From assembly GCA_013265495.1 (NCBI GenBank), contig MU057781.1:312001-376000 (forward strand): DNA of 64,000 nucleotides. Reading direction: 5' to 3'. Under the pieces are notes generated by a model that saw only the letters and a list, made by a program, of their open reading frames with translations, did not search any database and was not told the DNA's origin. Every line of letters starts with the position of its first letter. The stretch's first letter is position 1. The DNA is from Vicugna vicugna (lineage: Eukaryota). Shown here piece after piece: positions 11,039-23,889 of this stretch. Made by a program: the position numbers and the translations under genes.

Positions 11039-14000
11039 TTCACAGTGAAAAGGGGTGAAGCCCCGTGAACTCAGAGAGGACAAGGACTGCCCCCTGGGTC
11101 CCTCCCACCAGCAGAGAAGGGCTGGATTACAGGACACAGAAAACCCAGCGCAAATCTGCAGTGTCCCCTAGTCTAAAATACATCTTCGCTTTTTGAACCC
11201 TTTCCTGCAGAAGACTTAAACATACCTATTCACTTAAATATTTAAGGTTAAACCTCTTAATTCCGCATGTAGACGGTTTTTAACACCAGTTAAAACCTAA
11301 GAACCGTAGATTGAATTACACAGAGTGCCCAAAGCGACCACGGTGTGGGGACAGGCGTCCTCCTGGAACCTCAGGCGCAAGTTCCCCTGTGTGCACGGAG
11401 CTGGGAGGCTGGTCCCACACTGCCGCCCGCCCCGCCCGGGACGCTGTGCCCCGTGAGCTCAGCACCCTGGCCCCCACCCAGCTGGTGCCCGGACCTCCCC
11501 TTTCCTCAGAAGCTGAAGGGAGATGGATGATTCAAGAGGAAGTTTTCTGAAAAGAAAGGTGAGTTTTCCTCCAAATCTGTGCTGCAGGGTTCCTGCAACG
11601 TGTTCAGTAACATTCATCAAAACTCCATCTCTGCACAGTGAGAAGTACTGTCGTGGCTGCAAGCGGAGGACGGGCAGGCAGGAGAGGCCAGCTCTGCTGC
11701 GTAACAGCGAAGCCCACGGGTTCTGGGAATTCCTCCCAGAAAGGGCCCCTGCCTGCACGGCGTGTGGGACCCATGAGGGCAGAGTCCGGGGGAGGGAGGG
11801 GGGCAGAGACGGACGGACACCCGCAGCAGGGCAGCTGGAGTCCGCCCAGCCGGGGGCGAAGAAACGCAGCTAGGACAGACGTCTGTTTTCCTCTGGAGCT
11901 TGTAACCCGCCCTGCGAGGGATGATGAGGTCTGGGCCCCGCAGCGGCTGGTTCCACGAGGATGTCATGCCACGACTCTCGGGATTCCCGCGCGGGACTGG
12001 GGGTGGATGTCACCAGTGAGGCCGTGGGTGGGGCCACGGCGTGACGTCCGAAGCCCCCACACTGGCCGCTCCGTGGTGATCGCCACCTCCCTGAAGGGCA
12101 GAGGAGAGAGGAGAAGATGGCCGGAAAGGAGGCAAAGACAGGACGCGGTCATTTCCGCACCTCACACAGACAGAGAGATTGGATTCAGACAAACTCTGGT
12201 GTTTCGCGCTCACAACAGCATGGGGGGTGGGGCATTTAGGAGCGAGAAAGGCAACTATCCCAACTGGATAGCACGCCGGGGGGCTGAGACCCCCTTAGAC
12301 GCCAGCGCCTCCCGCGCTCTGCTGGCCAGGAGCCCTGCAGCCCCAGCGATGCCAGGACTAGAGGAGGGGCCGGAGGATTTAGTTTTAATTTTAGGACATG
12401 ATGAAACGCCCTGTTAGGTCTGTCTTTAGATAAACTGCTAGGCCCACCTTTGAATATCTCCGTTCTGATGACATAATGGCCCTCCCTCCATCGGGAAAAC
12501 ACTTGTGAGTCTGGATTCTGTAAAATTTAATCCACAGGCTTAATGGGGAAAGGTTCAAAAGGAAATTCTGCTTGTTAAAGGAGCTTTAGCTCTCTGCCCT
12601 GGAATCTGTCTTCGCACTGTTGTGAGCACCGTGTCGCTAAATCACTTCTCTCGCTTGCCCGCTGTTCTTTGTTTTTTAAACCCAGAGTGGAGCGCTGTCA
12701 GCGCAAACCTCTCTGAGTGCTGCTGCTCTTTCTCCCGCTCGTCTTTCTCCCTCCTGCTCAGCTGAACATCAGCCTGCATCGTTGACATTTTGAAGCCTCG
12801 AGGTAGCACAGAGTCGAGGACTCGGGGGTCCGTCTGCCCCCTCCATTCTTCCCTGTCCTGTCCCGTGACAACACCGGCCCTGAAAGTCTCCCAGCAGGGA
12901 GACATCAGTGCAAACCAGAGCAAAGGCCAGGAAGGGACCTGCTGTCCCCGCGCGGGGCCCTGGGAGGAAGGGGGCCAGCAGGCCAGAGTCCCCTCCGCAG
13001 AACAGCAACATCAGCATGAGGAGCGCGGTCCTCCCACCCCGGCCGCCCCGAAGCCTGTCCTGTGCTTATGCTGAGTCCCAGGGGTCATCTCAAGAGGAGA
13101 GTGACCACAGGCCTGCAGTCTGTGGCTCCCATTTAACCAGCGAACAACTTCCCAGTCTGGTTTTTAAATTCCCACCCCCGCGACCTCACACATGTAAGAA
13201 CAACAGGAAAGCTCCCCGTGCGCCTTCGCTGATGGGGGGGCGGGGGGGCTCCGGACAGCAGGGCGGACCGCGGGCCCTGGTGTCTGGGCCCCGACACAGC
13301 CGCGCTGCCAGTGCTCAGGGGAAGCCGTCCCATCGAGCCCCGAAACTGTGGTGCAGATCTGAAACTGCAGAGGAGGTTGGTGATGAATTAAAAGGGACCG
13401 GGGGCCCACGGAGGCCCCCCAAAGGGACGTGTGTCTGCTCTTTTGTCACTATTTTAATCTAATCTCTGAACCCCCCAAAATATGTATATGTAAATACACA
13501 TATGATCAGAAATGGGAGAAGTTGTTGCCAGAAGCGGCTGCTGATAATAGAAATTAAGCCCCAGCCTTGGACACTAAAGGCAGACAAGGGCCCCCCGTCC
13601 TTCCTTTCCTCCTGGTTTGCACCCCGGGGTTTCTCTGGAGCTTCCCTGGTGGGGCAGGCTGCCAGCTGAGCTCACAAGGCCACTGACCCCCCGCCCCCAG
13701 TGTCCCGGGGGCTCACCCAGCCCTGCGTGCCCAAAGCCCCACCACCACGCTCCCTTTTAGCTCGCGTGTGGCGCCAACCTCTAGCAGCCCCGGACGGATA
13801 CACTTGAAGACAAAGACAGTGGAAACCAGTGACGGGAGGTGGGAACTCTGGCCGCACGTCCCAAGAGGGACACAGTCGCCAGCAAGGGTGTGGGTGAAAG
13901 ATACGGCAGCCACATCAGTGCACAAAGGACGCTGCAGCCATCAGGTCACCAGCCGTCACCACCGCCCCCGACAGTGCGCGGAGGGGACTCAGGACGGAGA

Positions 14001-14629
14001 CCAGCAGGCAGCCCCGCCCCTGCTGCCGCCCCCAGCAGTGCCCCCGAGGGGACGGGACGGGAAAGCACAGGACACTGGCTCCGGCAGCTCAGTGCCCATC
14101 AGAGGAAGGATTCCAGTGAGCCCAGACCTTTGCATCTTCACATGCATAGAAAAGCACTAAATTCCTTGAGACGTCTGGCTTTCTTTCATTAACCGTCATC
14201 TTTTGATGTTCCGACCGTCTGGCCTTTGTGGTAAAACCCCACGTGTCCTGGCCCCTCCCGGCCTCTCCGGAGCCGTCCCTCAGAGATCAGAGAGGCTGCC
14301 TCCTGGCTTGAATCCTCAGAAAGTCCGAGGAATGAAACATGACTCTCACCTTGCAGGTTGTGCGCATCTTTTTAGGTCGACAAGGGAAATCAGGCCGTCC
14401 ATCCGGTCGTCTCGCCCCCGCGCAAGCCCCCGGCTGTGAACTTTTGTGACGATGGATGAGCCAACGGAGCCCACAATTCGCTGTGAAACGCACTGGATTA
14501 AACGTAATAACAGTAACCAGCAATGACGCTCGCTACTTCAGTGCATAATTGGAGTCTCAAGCTTGATTAAAAATAAACGAGTCGGAAGGTGGTTACGGTG
14601 AGTGGGGGAGCCTGCCATCGGAGGGCAGG

Positions 14630-14920
14630 GTCCCGTGCGTGGTCCCTGCTGATGGGGATTTGGACAAGGCTGGGCCATCGCCTTAGAGGAAAAAGCAAAA
14701 AAGTGGGAAGGTGACATCTCCAGTGGCCGGAAGCCCAGCGTCCCCCCCGGCCACAGCCGTGCTGGCTGGCGGGAAACGCCACAGGGGCCGTGCGCCCCCT
14801 CCGACCCACACAGGGGCCGAGGACCATCTTCCCAGACACCTAGACTTCAGGCACCGCCCTTCTTCCTGCCCGGAGCACAGACCAATCCTACGTCCCGTGA
14901 GTCGGCGTCTGTGCTGGGAG
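14630..14920 (+). mobile_element. MLT1-type LTR fragment, GC-shifted
   Basis: CCAGACACCTAGACTTCAGG...CCCGGAGCACAGACCAATCCTACGTCCCGTGAGTCG resembles the MLT1 3' half. Confidence 0.5.
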
Positions 14921-15234
14921 CGGGAGCGAGGGGGGTCAGGGCTCAGGGCCTTGGACAGGGTGGACGAAACAATGTCAGGGTGGAGCTCGAAAGGAAAGGA
15001 GGCCTCGTGTCCGAGCCGAGGGTTTGCACGGAGAAGCAAGTGATCCGGGGCAACTTATGGGGAAGACCGGGACCCACTCGCACAATCGCAGCTGAGGTGA
15101 CGGAGGGTCTGCCAGCCCCCCTGCTCCACACCCCACCACCCGCTCGCCCTCACCCACTCCCAGCTTCAAGGGGAACTGACGATCCTGCCTGAGATGAAGA
15201 GGTGCACCGGAGGCCCCCACCCCCAGACTCAGAG

Positions 15235-15300
15235 GCTGTGTGACCCTGCACACTGACCTAGCCTCTCTGGGCCTCAGTTTCCTGAAATGGAGACGTCACC
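15235..15300 (+). mobile_element. MIR fragment
   Basis: GCTGTGTGACCCTG...GCCTCTCTGGGCCTCAGTTTCCTGAAATGG matches the MIR core. Confidence 0.7.
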
Positions 15301-18279
15301 CCATCTCACCTGAAGGCAGCGGAAGGACCGCGAGCATGATGGGCTCATCTCTGTGTCCCACAGCCGACTCTCGAGACCGGTCGTTCTCCTCGGTCTCTTC
15401 GGAAAGGAGGGCCGCGGGTCCCGGCACAGACAGGGTTGGAACGGGGCCCTCGGCTTTCAGGAGACACCGGAGTGCTGGGAACTTGGCTGAGATGCCCGGC
15501 GCTGCCTGCACATCCGTCTGCGCCCGGCCCCGGCACTTCCTCCTGGAGGGACAGCGCCTGGGTGGCAGACACATGGACAGCGACACCTGAACGTGCAGCT
15601 GCTTGGTCGGAACGCTCCGGCCCACAGGACATAGCCGTTCCTTCCGCCCAGACTCAGCAACCTTGAGAGGACGCGGCCGCAGGCCCTGCAGGGGAGGGGC
15701 CAAGGCCGCAGGGAGACAGGCCCACACAGAGGGGGACAGCCACCAACAGGGGCCGCAGGCCAGCAGGGCGCCCCCGCGATGGCGTTCCCCAAGCCACAGA
15801 TGGGAGCCACAGCCCCGGCACACAACTGTGTCCCCAACCAGGGTCTCCAGCTCGGGGCCACCGGGGGCCAAGGCCACGTTACAGAACCAAAGCTTCCTCA
15901 AGCGGCTGTGCTGAGTCAAGACCAAAAGGTGGGCCTTTGAGGAGTGTGGTTTTAGCCGGCTGGGCCGCCCCACCCTTCACAGAGCGGGTCGGCACCCGGG
16001 GGCACCCGCACCCGACAGCAGTGTTCCACATTCAGGCAGGAGGTGCGTGCGTGCGGCCAGAGGACAGCCCCTGAGCCAGCCGCCGCTCACCGAAGCTGCC
16101 CACCGGGCCACTGGCACAGCGGAGGGTCCGCAGGGCAGCGTTCAGCCAGAGCCCTGCCCAGGGCAGCCCAGGAGCAGCGGGAACTGGACCAGAGCAGAGC
16201 GGCCAGCCCACCCGTGTGGGAGACAGGGAGGTCGCAGAGGCAACACGCAGAGAAACGGAAGATGCGCCGAGCGGGTGCGGGATGAGAAGCCAGGGCATGA
16301 GCCTGGCGGGTAAGAGGGCCCAGCCCAGCACCGAACAGAACAGAAAGAGTCCATGACGGGCCAGCGGGCAGCACTTTGCGGCCCCGGGAGGGGGGCCTCC
16401 GTAAGCAGCCCGGGGCCCACAGTCCGCCGGGTCAGCACGGGACACGCCTTGGAACCTCAGGATGGGTGGCCGAGCCGCCCCGTCCCCGGCGCCGCGGTCC
16501 AGGCTGGGAGCCCAGGGTGCATGCGTGCGGCCAGAGGGCAGCTCCGCGCGGCCCCGGAAGGACAGCAGTGCCAGGAATGTCACTAGAGCAGGGCCAGGTG
16601 TGAGTCCACTAGGAGTCACAAGGGATTGAGAGGTTTCCGGCCGCCGGTAAACACCGGGAGCAGCTTTTGCACAAAGAAATAAAGATTTGATTTTCCTGAA
16701 CCCCCGTTCCCATTCAGAGTCCCAAAGGGAAGAATTCACACCAATCACAAAAGGGGTTTATCAACCAGAAAGTTCAATCTTGTTTCCTGCCAAGCCTAGT
16801 CATTTATAAAATAGCTGGTTATTAGGTTTTCCAAGACTGAGTCTCACCAGCTACCTGAATTTTCAGAATCCAAAAGCAGAGGGGGGCTGGCTAGGACGTC
16901 GGGGAGTGAAGTCCCAGGCGGTGTTTGCTTATGGACACCCGGCCGGCAGAGGCCCACAGTGAGCTGTGCAGGATTCAAAGCAGCTGAAGAAAGGGCCAGA
17001 GGACGGGACGAGGACAGGTGGAGGAGGGAGCTGGCTGAGGTCAGGGCGCCCTACACCCCCCCAGGAGGCTCGGTGGCCCCGTCACTCCATCTTCCAGCAG
17101 AGACACCCAGACCCTGAGCTGACGGGAAAGCAGAGCAGGGACCACACCTGCCTTCCAGGTGTGCACAGCCTGGCAGGGCCGAGAGCAGGAGGGAGAGGGC
17201 CTTGCAGTTGTGGGGACGCTGAGGGGGGCGGGGCTCGGAGCCTCCTGCAGCCCCGAGCCTCTGCCTCCTCGGGGGGCACAGAGGAAGACCGCAGAGCGCC
17301 GTGACCCACACTCCCCGCCCCCCGTGCAAACACCGCCGAGACACCACTCCTTCAGGCAAAACAGCCTCCACGGCGGGGATTCAGTGCATCAGAGACGCCA
17401 ATCTAGACACAGCCAGGACCACCCGGATGTCATCTCAGCTTCCTCGAACCCTGGACAGATGAGACCGACAGCGCGGGTGAACAGGGACTGGGGGCTCCGG
17501 GGTGGGGGTAAGGCCCCCACGGAGCTGCTCCTGTTTGTGGTCCAGTTCCTCCACGTCTTGCGTCTGACAGGACGCCATCACCTTGGTCCCTGTCCTGCTC
17601 TGCTCCGCCCACTGCAGGGGGACCAGAGGGGCTGGGGACCCAGGAGCGGACGCCGCAGGCCTGACGGGACTCTGCTCAGGTTCTGCCCGGAGCCTGCGTG
17701 GAGGGTCCCCACTCGATGCATAGGTGTGGGGTGCACTGCACTAGGGCCTCTGGGCCTCAGGAGCGAACGCCAGGGGAGAAGGATGCCCCGGGGCACTGCC
17801 AGCTCATGGTCTCCTCGGGTGGGGGCTGCGCTCTCTGGGGCTCAAAGGGGAGCCCCCAAGGTTCAGGGGACACAAGGAGAGAAGGGAGGTGTTTCTCCCT
17901 CCCCGGATAAGATGGAGAAGCAGCCAGCCCCCAGCTTCCCCCCTGGGTGGTGGGAGAGCCATTTGGAGGGGGGGGGCTGAGCCTCCCCGTGTTTTGGAGC
18001 CCCTCCACCTGGTGTCCTGGGCCCATTCTCCAGAGACCCCCAGTGAGGACCAGGATCAAGGCCAGGGCCTCCTTGCCTCCAGCACTGGGCCCAAGTCTAG
18101 ATGGACGTTTCTCAGAACACTAAGAAGAAAAACACAAAAAGTGGCCCGAACATTGGGCTGTAGGGACACCTTTGCAGGACTGTGTCCTGCCCCATGCGTG
18201 CGTGGCTCTCTGCCCCATGTTAAACCGTCCCTTCTCTGTCGAAGGAAGTCAGGGGTTGCAGGTGTTTGTAATGTCCTGC

Positions 18280-18399
18280 AATGAAAAAGAATATAAGAAG
18301 GAAAATACACATATATCTGAGTCACTGTGCTGCATGCCAGAAACTAGCACAACATTGTAACCCAACTATACTTCAATGAAATTAAAAATTTTAAATAAA
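18280..18399 (+). mobile_element. Very short L1 3' terminus
   Basis: AATGAAAAAGAATATA...TGAGTCACTGTGCTG...CCAGAAACTAGCACAACATTGTAACCCAACTATACTTCAAT followed by an A-rich tail. Confidence 0.8.
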
Positions 18400-18990
18400 C
18401 CAGAGGAAACTCTAATCTGAAAAGACACCTGCACCCCAATGTTCACAGCAGCACTATTTACAAGAACCGAGACATGAAAGCAATCTAAACATCCCTAACA
18501 GACGACTGGATAAAGAAGCTGTGGTGTGTACATACAATGGAATATTACTCAGCCATAAACATGATAAAATGATGTCCTTCACAGCAACATGGATGGACCT
18601 GGAGATCATCATCCTAAGTTAAGTAAGCCAGATAGAGAAAAATACCATATGATATCACTCATGTGGATTCTAAAAATAAAACTACAAATGAACTTGTTTA
18701 CAAAACAGAGACAGACTCACACACATAGACAACAAACTTTCGGTTACCAGGGGGAAGGATGGAGGAGGGTAAACCAGCTTTCGGGATTTGCAGATACACG
18801 CTACTATGGATAAAACAGATAAACAACAGAGTCCTACTGTGCAGCACAGGGAACTGCATTCGATATCCTGTAATAGTTATAATGAAAAAGAACGTGTAAA
18901 GGAATATACACGTGTGTGACCGGGTTGCTGTGCTGTGCGCCAGAAACCAACACAATGTTGTAACCCAACCACACTTCAATAAAAATAAAG
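18400..18990 (+). mobile_element. Cetartiodactyl-type L1 3' end (ORF2 tail plus 3'UTR)
   Basis: AAAGACACCTGCACCCCAATGTTCACAGCAGCACTATTTACAA...ATGGATGGACCTGGAGATCATCATCCTAAG...CACTTCAATAAAAATAAA. Confidence 0.9.
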
Positions 18991-20089
18991 GAACTGCAGA
19001 GGTTTTATGAAGCAGTTTAATTGTTCCCGTGGACACTTCGGCATCAGGTTAGTGTCTGAACCTGTGTTACTGGCAGTGGCCAAGCTAACAGGTGCTCGCA
19101 CTGAACGCCCATCCAGGAGACGCTCGGCCCGCCGACGTCCGCTGCCGCTGCTGGCCTGGCCACCACTCCTCAAAGCAGCGCTTCGTCAGTGTGTGTGCGA
19201 GTAGAGCCCAAATGTAACTTCTAATGTAAACAAGGCGCAATTCCGAAGTACGAACTGGGGAGACAGAGCTGCTTTTAAGGGAAATCCCACGTGGCCGTTT
19301 ACGTCACTCATAAAGACCTACTCACGTAGATGTCGAAGCTCGCTGACAAGCTCGCAGCTGCTGGCTGTTGAACATGATGCATTCAAAGCGAGATGCACAC
19401 TCTAAGGCTTAAGAGGACAGCCCGCATGCCGGTCCGTCACCTTTGTGACTGCAGCTGGACGGTGTCAAAGCCCTTTCTCCCTCGCGCTGCCAAGCTGGGT
19501 GTGCTGTGCGCTGTGCTCACGGGGGCTAGCCCTTGGCGTGGCTGTTACGCATCTCCCTGGATAAGATGCAGTCGAGTCTCACCGTGACAGTCCTCTCTGC
19601 TCTGCCCTAGATTTCATCGAATGTCTGGTTAATTCAATTTGCCATAAATACGGTTAAGTTCTGTCTCCCCGGCCTTTCAAGACCAGGAAGCCCACCGGGA
19701 GTGAACGGCTGGGCACGGCCTCAGGGTAGAGCAGGGCCCGTTCGCTCCCCCATCAATGCCCTCAGCCCCGCCCTCTCCACCTGCAGGGCAGGTGCGCCCT
19801 GGCCTCCCGCAGTCCACACCCGGGTCCGAGGCGGGCAGGACGCGAGTTCACATGCGGCCGCCCCACAGCTCCGTGCCCCCAGGCCCCAGTGAGGCCGCTC
19901 TGCGGGGACTCAGCGGGGCAAATGGGTGCGGGGATGGAGCACCCCACGAGCGTCTGCTCCAGGGGCCTTTACGGACAGGCCGGGCTCCTGCAGGTGGTGG
20001 CCCGAGTGTCCTCGGCCACAGCCCCTCCACGGGCAGCGTAGCGCCTCTTCTCTCACTTCTGACTTCACTTCCTGAGTCTCCTCCCTTTC

Positions 20090-21330
20090 TCGTAGTCTAG
20101 CAGAAGGTGTCGATCTGTCTACCTTTCCCAGAAGCCAGCTCTTCGTCTTGCTCCCTCCCTGTTCTCCTGACCCCCGTGTCGTTTGCTCCTGCCCCGAGGA
20201 GGGTCTCGCTCCTCCGGTAGCTCCGGGCTTGTCTGTTCTGTTTCTCCCGCTTCCTTGAGGTGCAGAGCGAGCTTGCTTGCTTGTGGCCTCTGCTCCTCAG
20301 GCAGGCGGTAATCCCCATACACTTTCCTCCTGGAGCCGCGCTTGCTTTGCCCTGTGCGTGTTGGTACGTTGTGTTTCTTTTGTTTGTTCGTTTGTTTTCA
20401 AGGTATTTTGTATTTCTCCTTTGACCTCTTTCTCGACCCTCTGGTTGCTCAGGACTGTGTTGTTGACCCACATGCTGGTGAATCTTCCTGTCTCCCCCAG
20501 ATGGCTGACAGCTTGTGTCACAGCACGGCGTCTGGGGAAGGCGTGACGCAGGCCTCCCTACTCTTGCTGAGGCCTGTTCTGTGACCTAACGCGTGACCCA
20601 CGCCGGGGAACGTGCCGACCGCGCTTGAGAAGACCGTGTGCCCTGAGCCACCGTGTGGTGCGCTCTGTCACACCTGCAGGTCCGTCTGGCCCGCACCCGC
20701 CACGCCCTGGTGGCCTGTCCGTGCCGAAGGCCCGTCCGTCCCAGGGAGTGGGCGCTGGCGTCCTGCCGCTGCGCCGCTGGCCATCTCCCCTCAGACCTGC
20801 TCGTATTTGCTTAATGCGCTCAGGGGCCGTGGTACCGAGCGCTTGCACGTTCACAGCTGTCACGTCTTCCGAGCGTGCCCCTTTATCTTTAAGTGGTGCC
20901 CATCCGTGTCTCTGGTTACTGGTTTTGCTGGAAAGCCCACTGTCTGACACAAGCGTCGCCACCCCAGTTCTCTTCTGGTTTCCATTTTAACGGGACACCT
21001 GTCTCCATCCTTCACGCTGAGCCTGTGGGTGTCCTTGCAGCTGAAGTGAGCCTCCCGCAGCGTGGAGCTGGTCTTGTCCTTTCAGTCACTCTACGCCAGA
21101 GACTGGAGAACTTAATCCATTCTCACTTCGAGTAAGTACTGGCAGGCAAGGCCCGCAGGCGCCATCTCACCCGTCGTTTTCCGAGTGTGCTGCGGTCCCT
21201 TCGCCCCTCTCCTCCTCTTCCGCTGTGTCTTCCTGTGAACCGGTGATGTTCTGCGTGCTGTGCTCTGCTTCCTTCCTGCTTATCTTTCGTGTGTCTATTG
21301 CAGGTCTTTGCTTTATGGTCACCGTAAAAG
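20090..21330 (-). mobile_element. L1 ORF2 endonuclease-region relic, heavily GC-shifted
   Basis: Minus-strand translations ATLVSDS...EDVTAVNVQALGTTAPERIKQI and NQRVEKEVKGEI / KYLENK...NTTYQ echo L1 ORF2p motifs (VAILISDK...EDITIVNIYAPN..APKYIKQIL; NQWVKEEIK.EIKKYLE.N...TTYQN). Confidence 0.85.
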
Positions 21331-21494
21331 TAGCCTTTGTCTTAAATGTTATATTGTTACGGCATTTAGATAACAGGTGTGTGACACTGATTTTTAAGAA
21401 ATGATCCCTTTTGGTTTCTTTACTAGATGAGACGTGAGATCAGTGAGCATTGTTCTGAATGGAAAAATCACAGTGCATGACTTTTTAGCTTGCT

Positions 21495-23760
21495 CGTGTT
21501 GAACAGCTTTGTTGAGACACGATCGGTACGCCGAGGACCACCCATGTTACAGTGCACAACTGGTAACACGCGCACACACCCATGAAGCCGTCACTGCGAT
21601 CACAATGAACAAGAACCATCGCCCCCAAAGCCCCCTCGTGCCCCTTTGTGGCCCCTCCCCACCGTCTCAGGTTTGTTGATAACAGATAAATGGAGTCAGT
21701 CATGCAGAGCGTCCTGTCTCGGGGCCCGAGGGGGGCTTGCCTTTCTCCAGTCAGCATAATCATTTCGAGATTCAGCCATGACGTTGCAACCATCAACAGC
21801 TGGCTCCTTTCTGCGCAAAGTAGAATCCCACTGCATAAACAGACCGCAGCCCACGTCTCCCTGCCCCTGTAGGCGGGCGTCTGCCTCCTTTCCAGCTTTT
21901 GACGGTTTTCAGTAAAGCTACTGAGCGTCTGGGTACAAGTCTTTGTAAGGACACACGCCTCCATTTTTCTTGGGTAAACACTGGAGTGGCTGAGCAGTAG
22001 GTGTAGTTTATGTTCTTAAGAAGCTGGTGGACGGCTCTCTACAGTGTCTCCACTGGCTTACACTCCCGCCTGCGTGGGAGACAGGCCACGCCCTCGCCAA
22101 CACTGGGCGCAGTCCGCCTTCTCCGCCTCAGGCGTCCCAGTACACGCAGAAAGGCGCCTCGTTGTCACTCAGACCTGCGTCTCTTCTCCTGCTTGTTTGC
22201 CGTCCGCACATCAGCTCTACGAAGAGCAGGGACGAGCCCTTTCGTCCTTTTCTAGCTGGACTGTTTGTTCCCTCACTGCCTTGTTTTGAGTTTTAGGTAC
22301 TCTGTGTACAAATCCCTTTCAAGCTGCGTGATTCTGGAAACATCTTCTCCAGGTGTGTAGCTTGTCCTTCATCCTCTCGATGGTGCATCTCGAAGAGCAC
22401 ACGTCAAGTTTGCTGTGGTCCTACGTGCCATTTTTTCTTTTGTGGATTATCTTTTGGCATCAAATCTTAGAAATCCTTGGCATAACCCAAAGTTATAAAG
22501 GTTTTGTCTCTGTTTTGTTTTAGACGTTTTACAGTTTTAGGTTTTACAATAAGACTTTTGGTCCATTTTGAATTAGTTTTTGTATCTGATGTGAGATATT
22601 GATTGAAGTTAATTTTTCTTTTTACGTACGGACATCCAACTTTTCCAGCATCCTTGGTAGAAAAGGCTCTCCTTTCTCTCTGAATTGCCTCTGGGACACC
22701 TGTCAGTTGACCACATCGTGGGTGAGTCTGTGTCTGGACTCTACTCCGTTCCGTCATCCTAAATGCCAGCACCGCTCTGTTGTGGTTACCGTGGCTTCGA
22801 AATTACTTTTACAGTCAGTTAGTTCTCCAAATTTGCTCTTTTTCAAAGCTATTTTATTAGTCTAGCTGCTTAGAATTTCCATGTAAATTATTTAAATTTA
22901 AGTCATCAATTTAAACAGACCAAAAAAAAAAAAGAGGGCTGGAGTTTTTATTAGGATTACATGAATCAGCAGATAAATTTTAAAAAGATTGACATTTTAA
23001 CATATTGAGTCTTCTGATCCATGGGCACAATGTATCTTTCAGTTTATTTAGTTCTTCTTTAATATTTCTCGGCAAAGTTTTGTGATTACAGTGTGTATGT
23101 ATTACACATCTTTTGTAAGATTTATCTCTAAAAGTTTCATTTTTTGATGTTATTGTAAATGGCAATTTTTAAAATATCAATTTCTGAGTGTTGCTATGTA
23201 GAAATACAAGATATACAAAAAATATAGAAACACAACCGATTTTGCATATAGACCTTGTCTCCTACAATAAAGTCACTTATTGGTTTTAGAAAGTTTCATA
23301 GATTCCAAAGGGCTTTCTGCGTGGGACGTCAGGTCATCAGAGAACAGACAGGTTTCTTCTGTTCTCTGCAAACTGGCTGCTTCTTGTTTCTCTCCCCGCC
23401 TCGCGGCAGAGCTTCTGCGTCCAGGTTTAACAGGAGCGATGGGGCGGGCGCGCTGAGGCGGAAGGCGCCCCGGTTTTCGCGTTGAGAGCGATGTCGCTGT
23501 GGGTGTCCGTGCACCCCCTCACCAGGCTGACGGGCTTCCCGTGCCTTCCTTGCTTGCAGAGACTTCTAATTAGGAGCGGCTGTCGGGTGTTCTGTGAGTT
23601 TGTCTGACTTCCCCGCTGCTACACCGGCTACGCGTTTTGCGGTGTCATCCAGGAGACTGATTTCGGGTTCGTAGCAGACAGCTTCGAGTGACCCTGGTCT
23701 GCTTTCTGTTCCGTCCTGCATGGGGGGTGGGGGGTGCTGGGGCGACCTCACCTCGCAGAT
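21495..23760 (-). mobile_element. L1MC/L1MD-like 3'UTR plus ORF2 3' portion
   Basis: AACAGCTTTGTTGAGA start; ATAATCATTTCGAGATTCAGCCATG; ORF2-like peptides MPFTITSK, LCPWIRRLN and TNSKWTKSLIVKPKTVK on the minus strand. Confidence 0.8.
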
Positions 23761-23889
23761 GAGAAGACCCAGGTAAGAGGTTTCGCGGGCAGTTTCGGAG
23801 CCTGAAAGCTGTGTGGCTGTCGTGCTGGTCTCCGCTCACTTCTCACTTTAAAGGCACGCCTCGCCCTCCTGCCAGGCACCGCCCTGCTC

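Noticed and set aside
12720..12810. Plus-strand exon after a long polypyrimidine tract
   Set aside because: Stop codons in all three frames and a weak donor.
17159..17980. 273-aa ORF (likewise 5-751, 11638-12417 and 33758-34570)
   Set aside because: No protein family signal; several start at non-ATG codons; 33758-34570 runs through L1 and a microsatellite.
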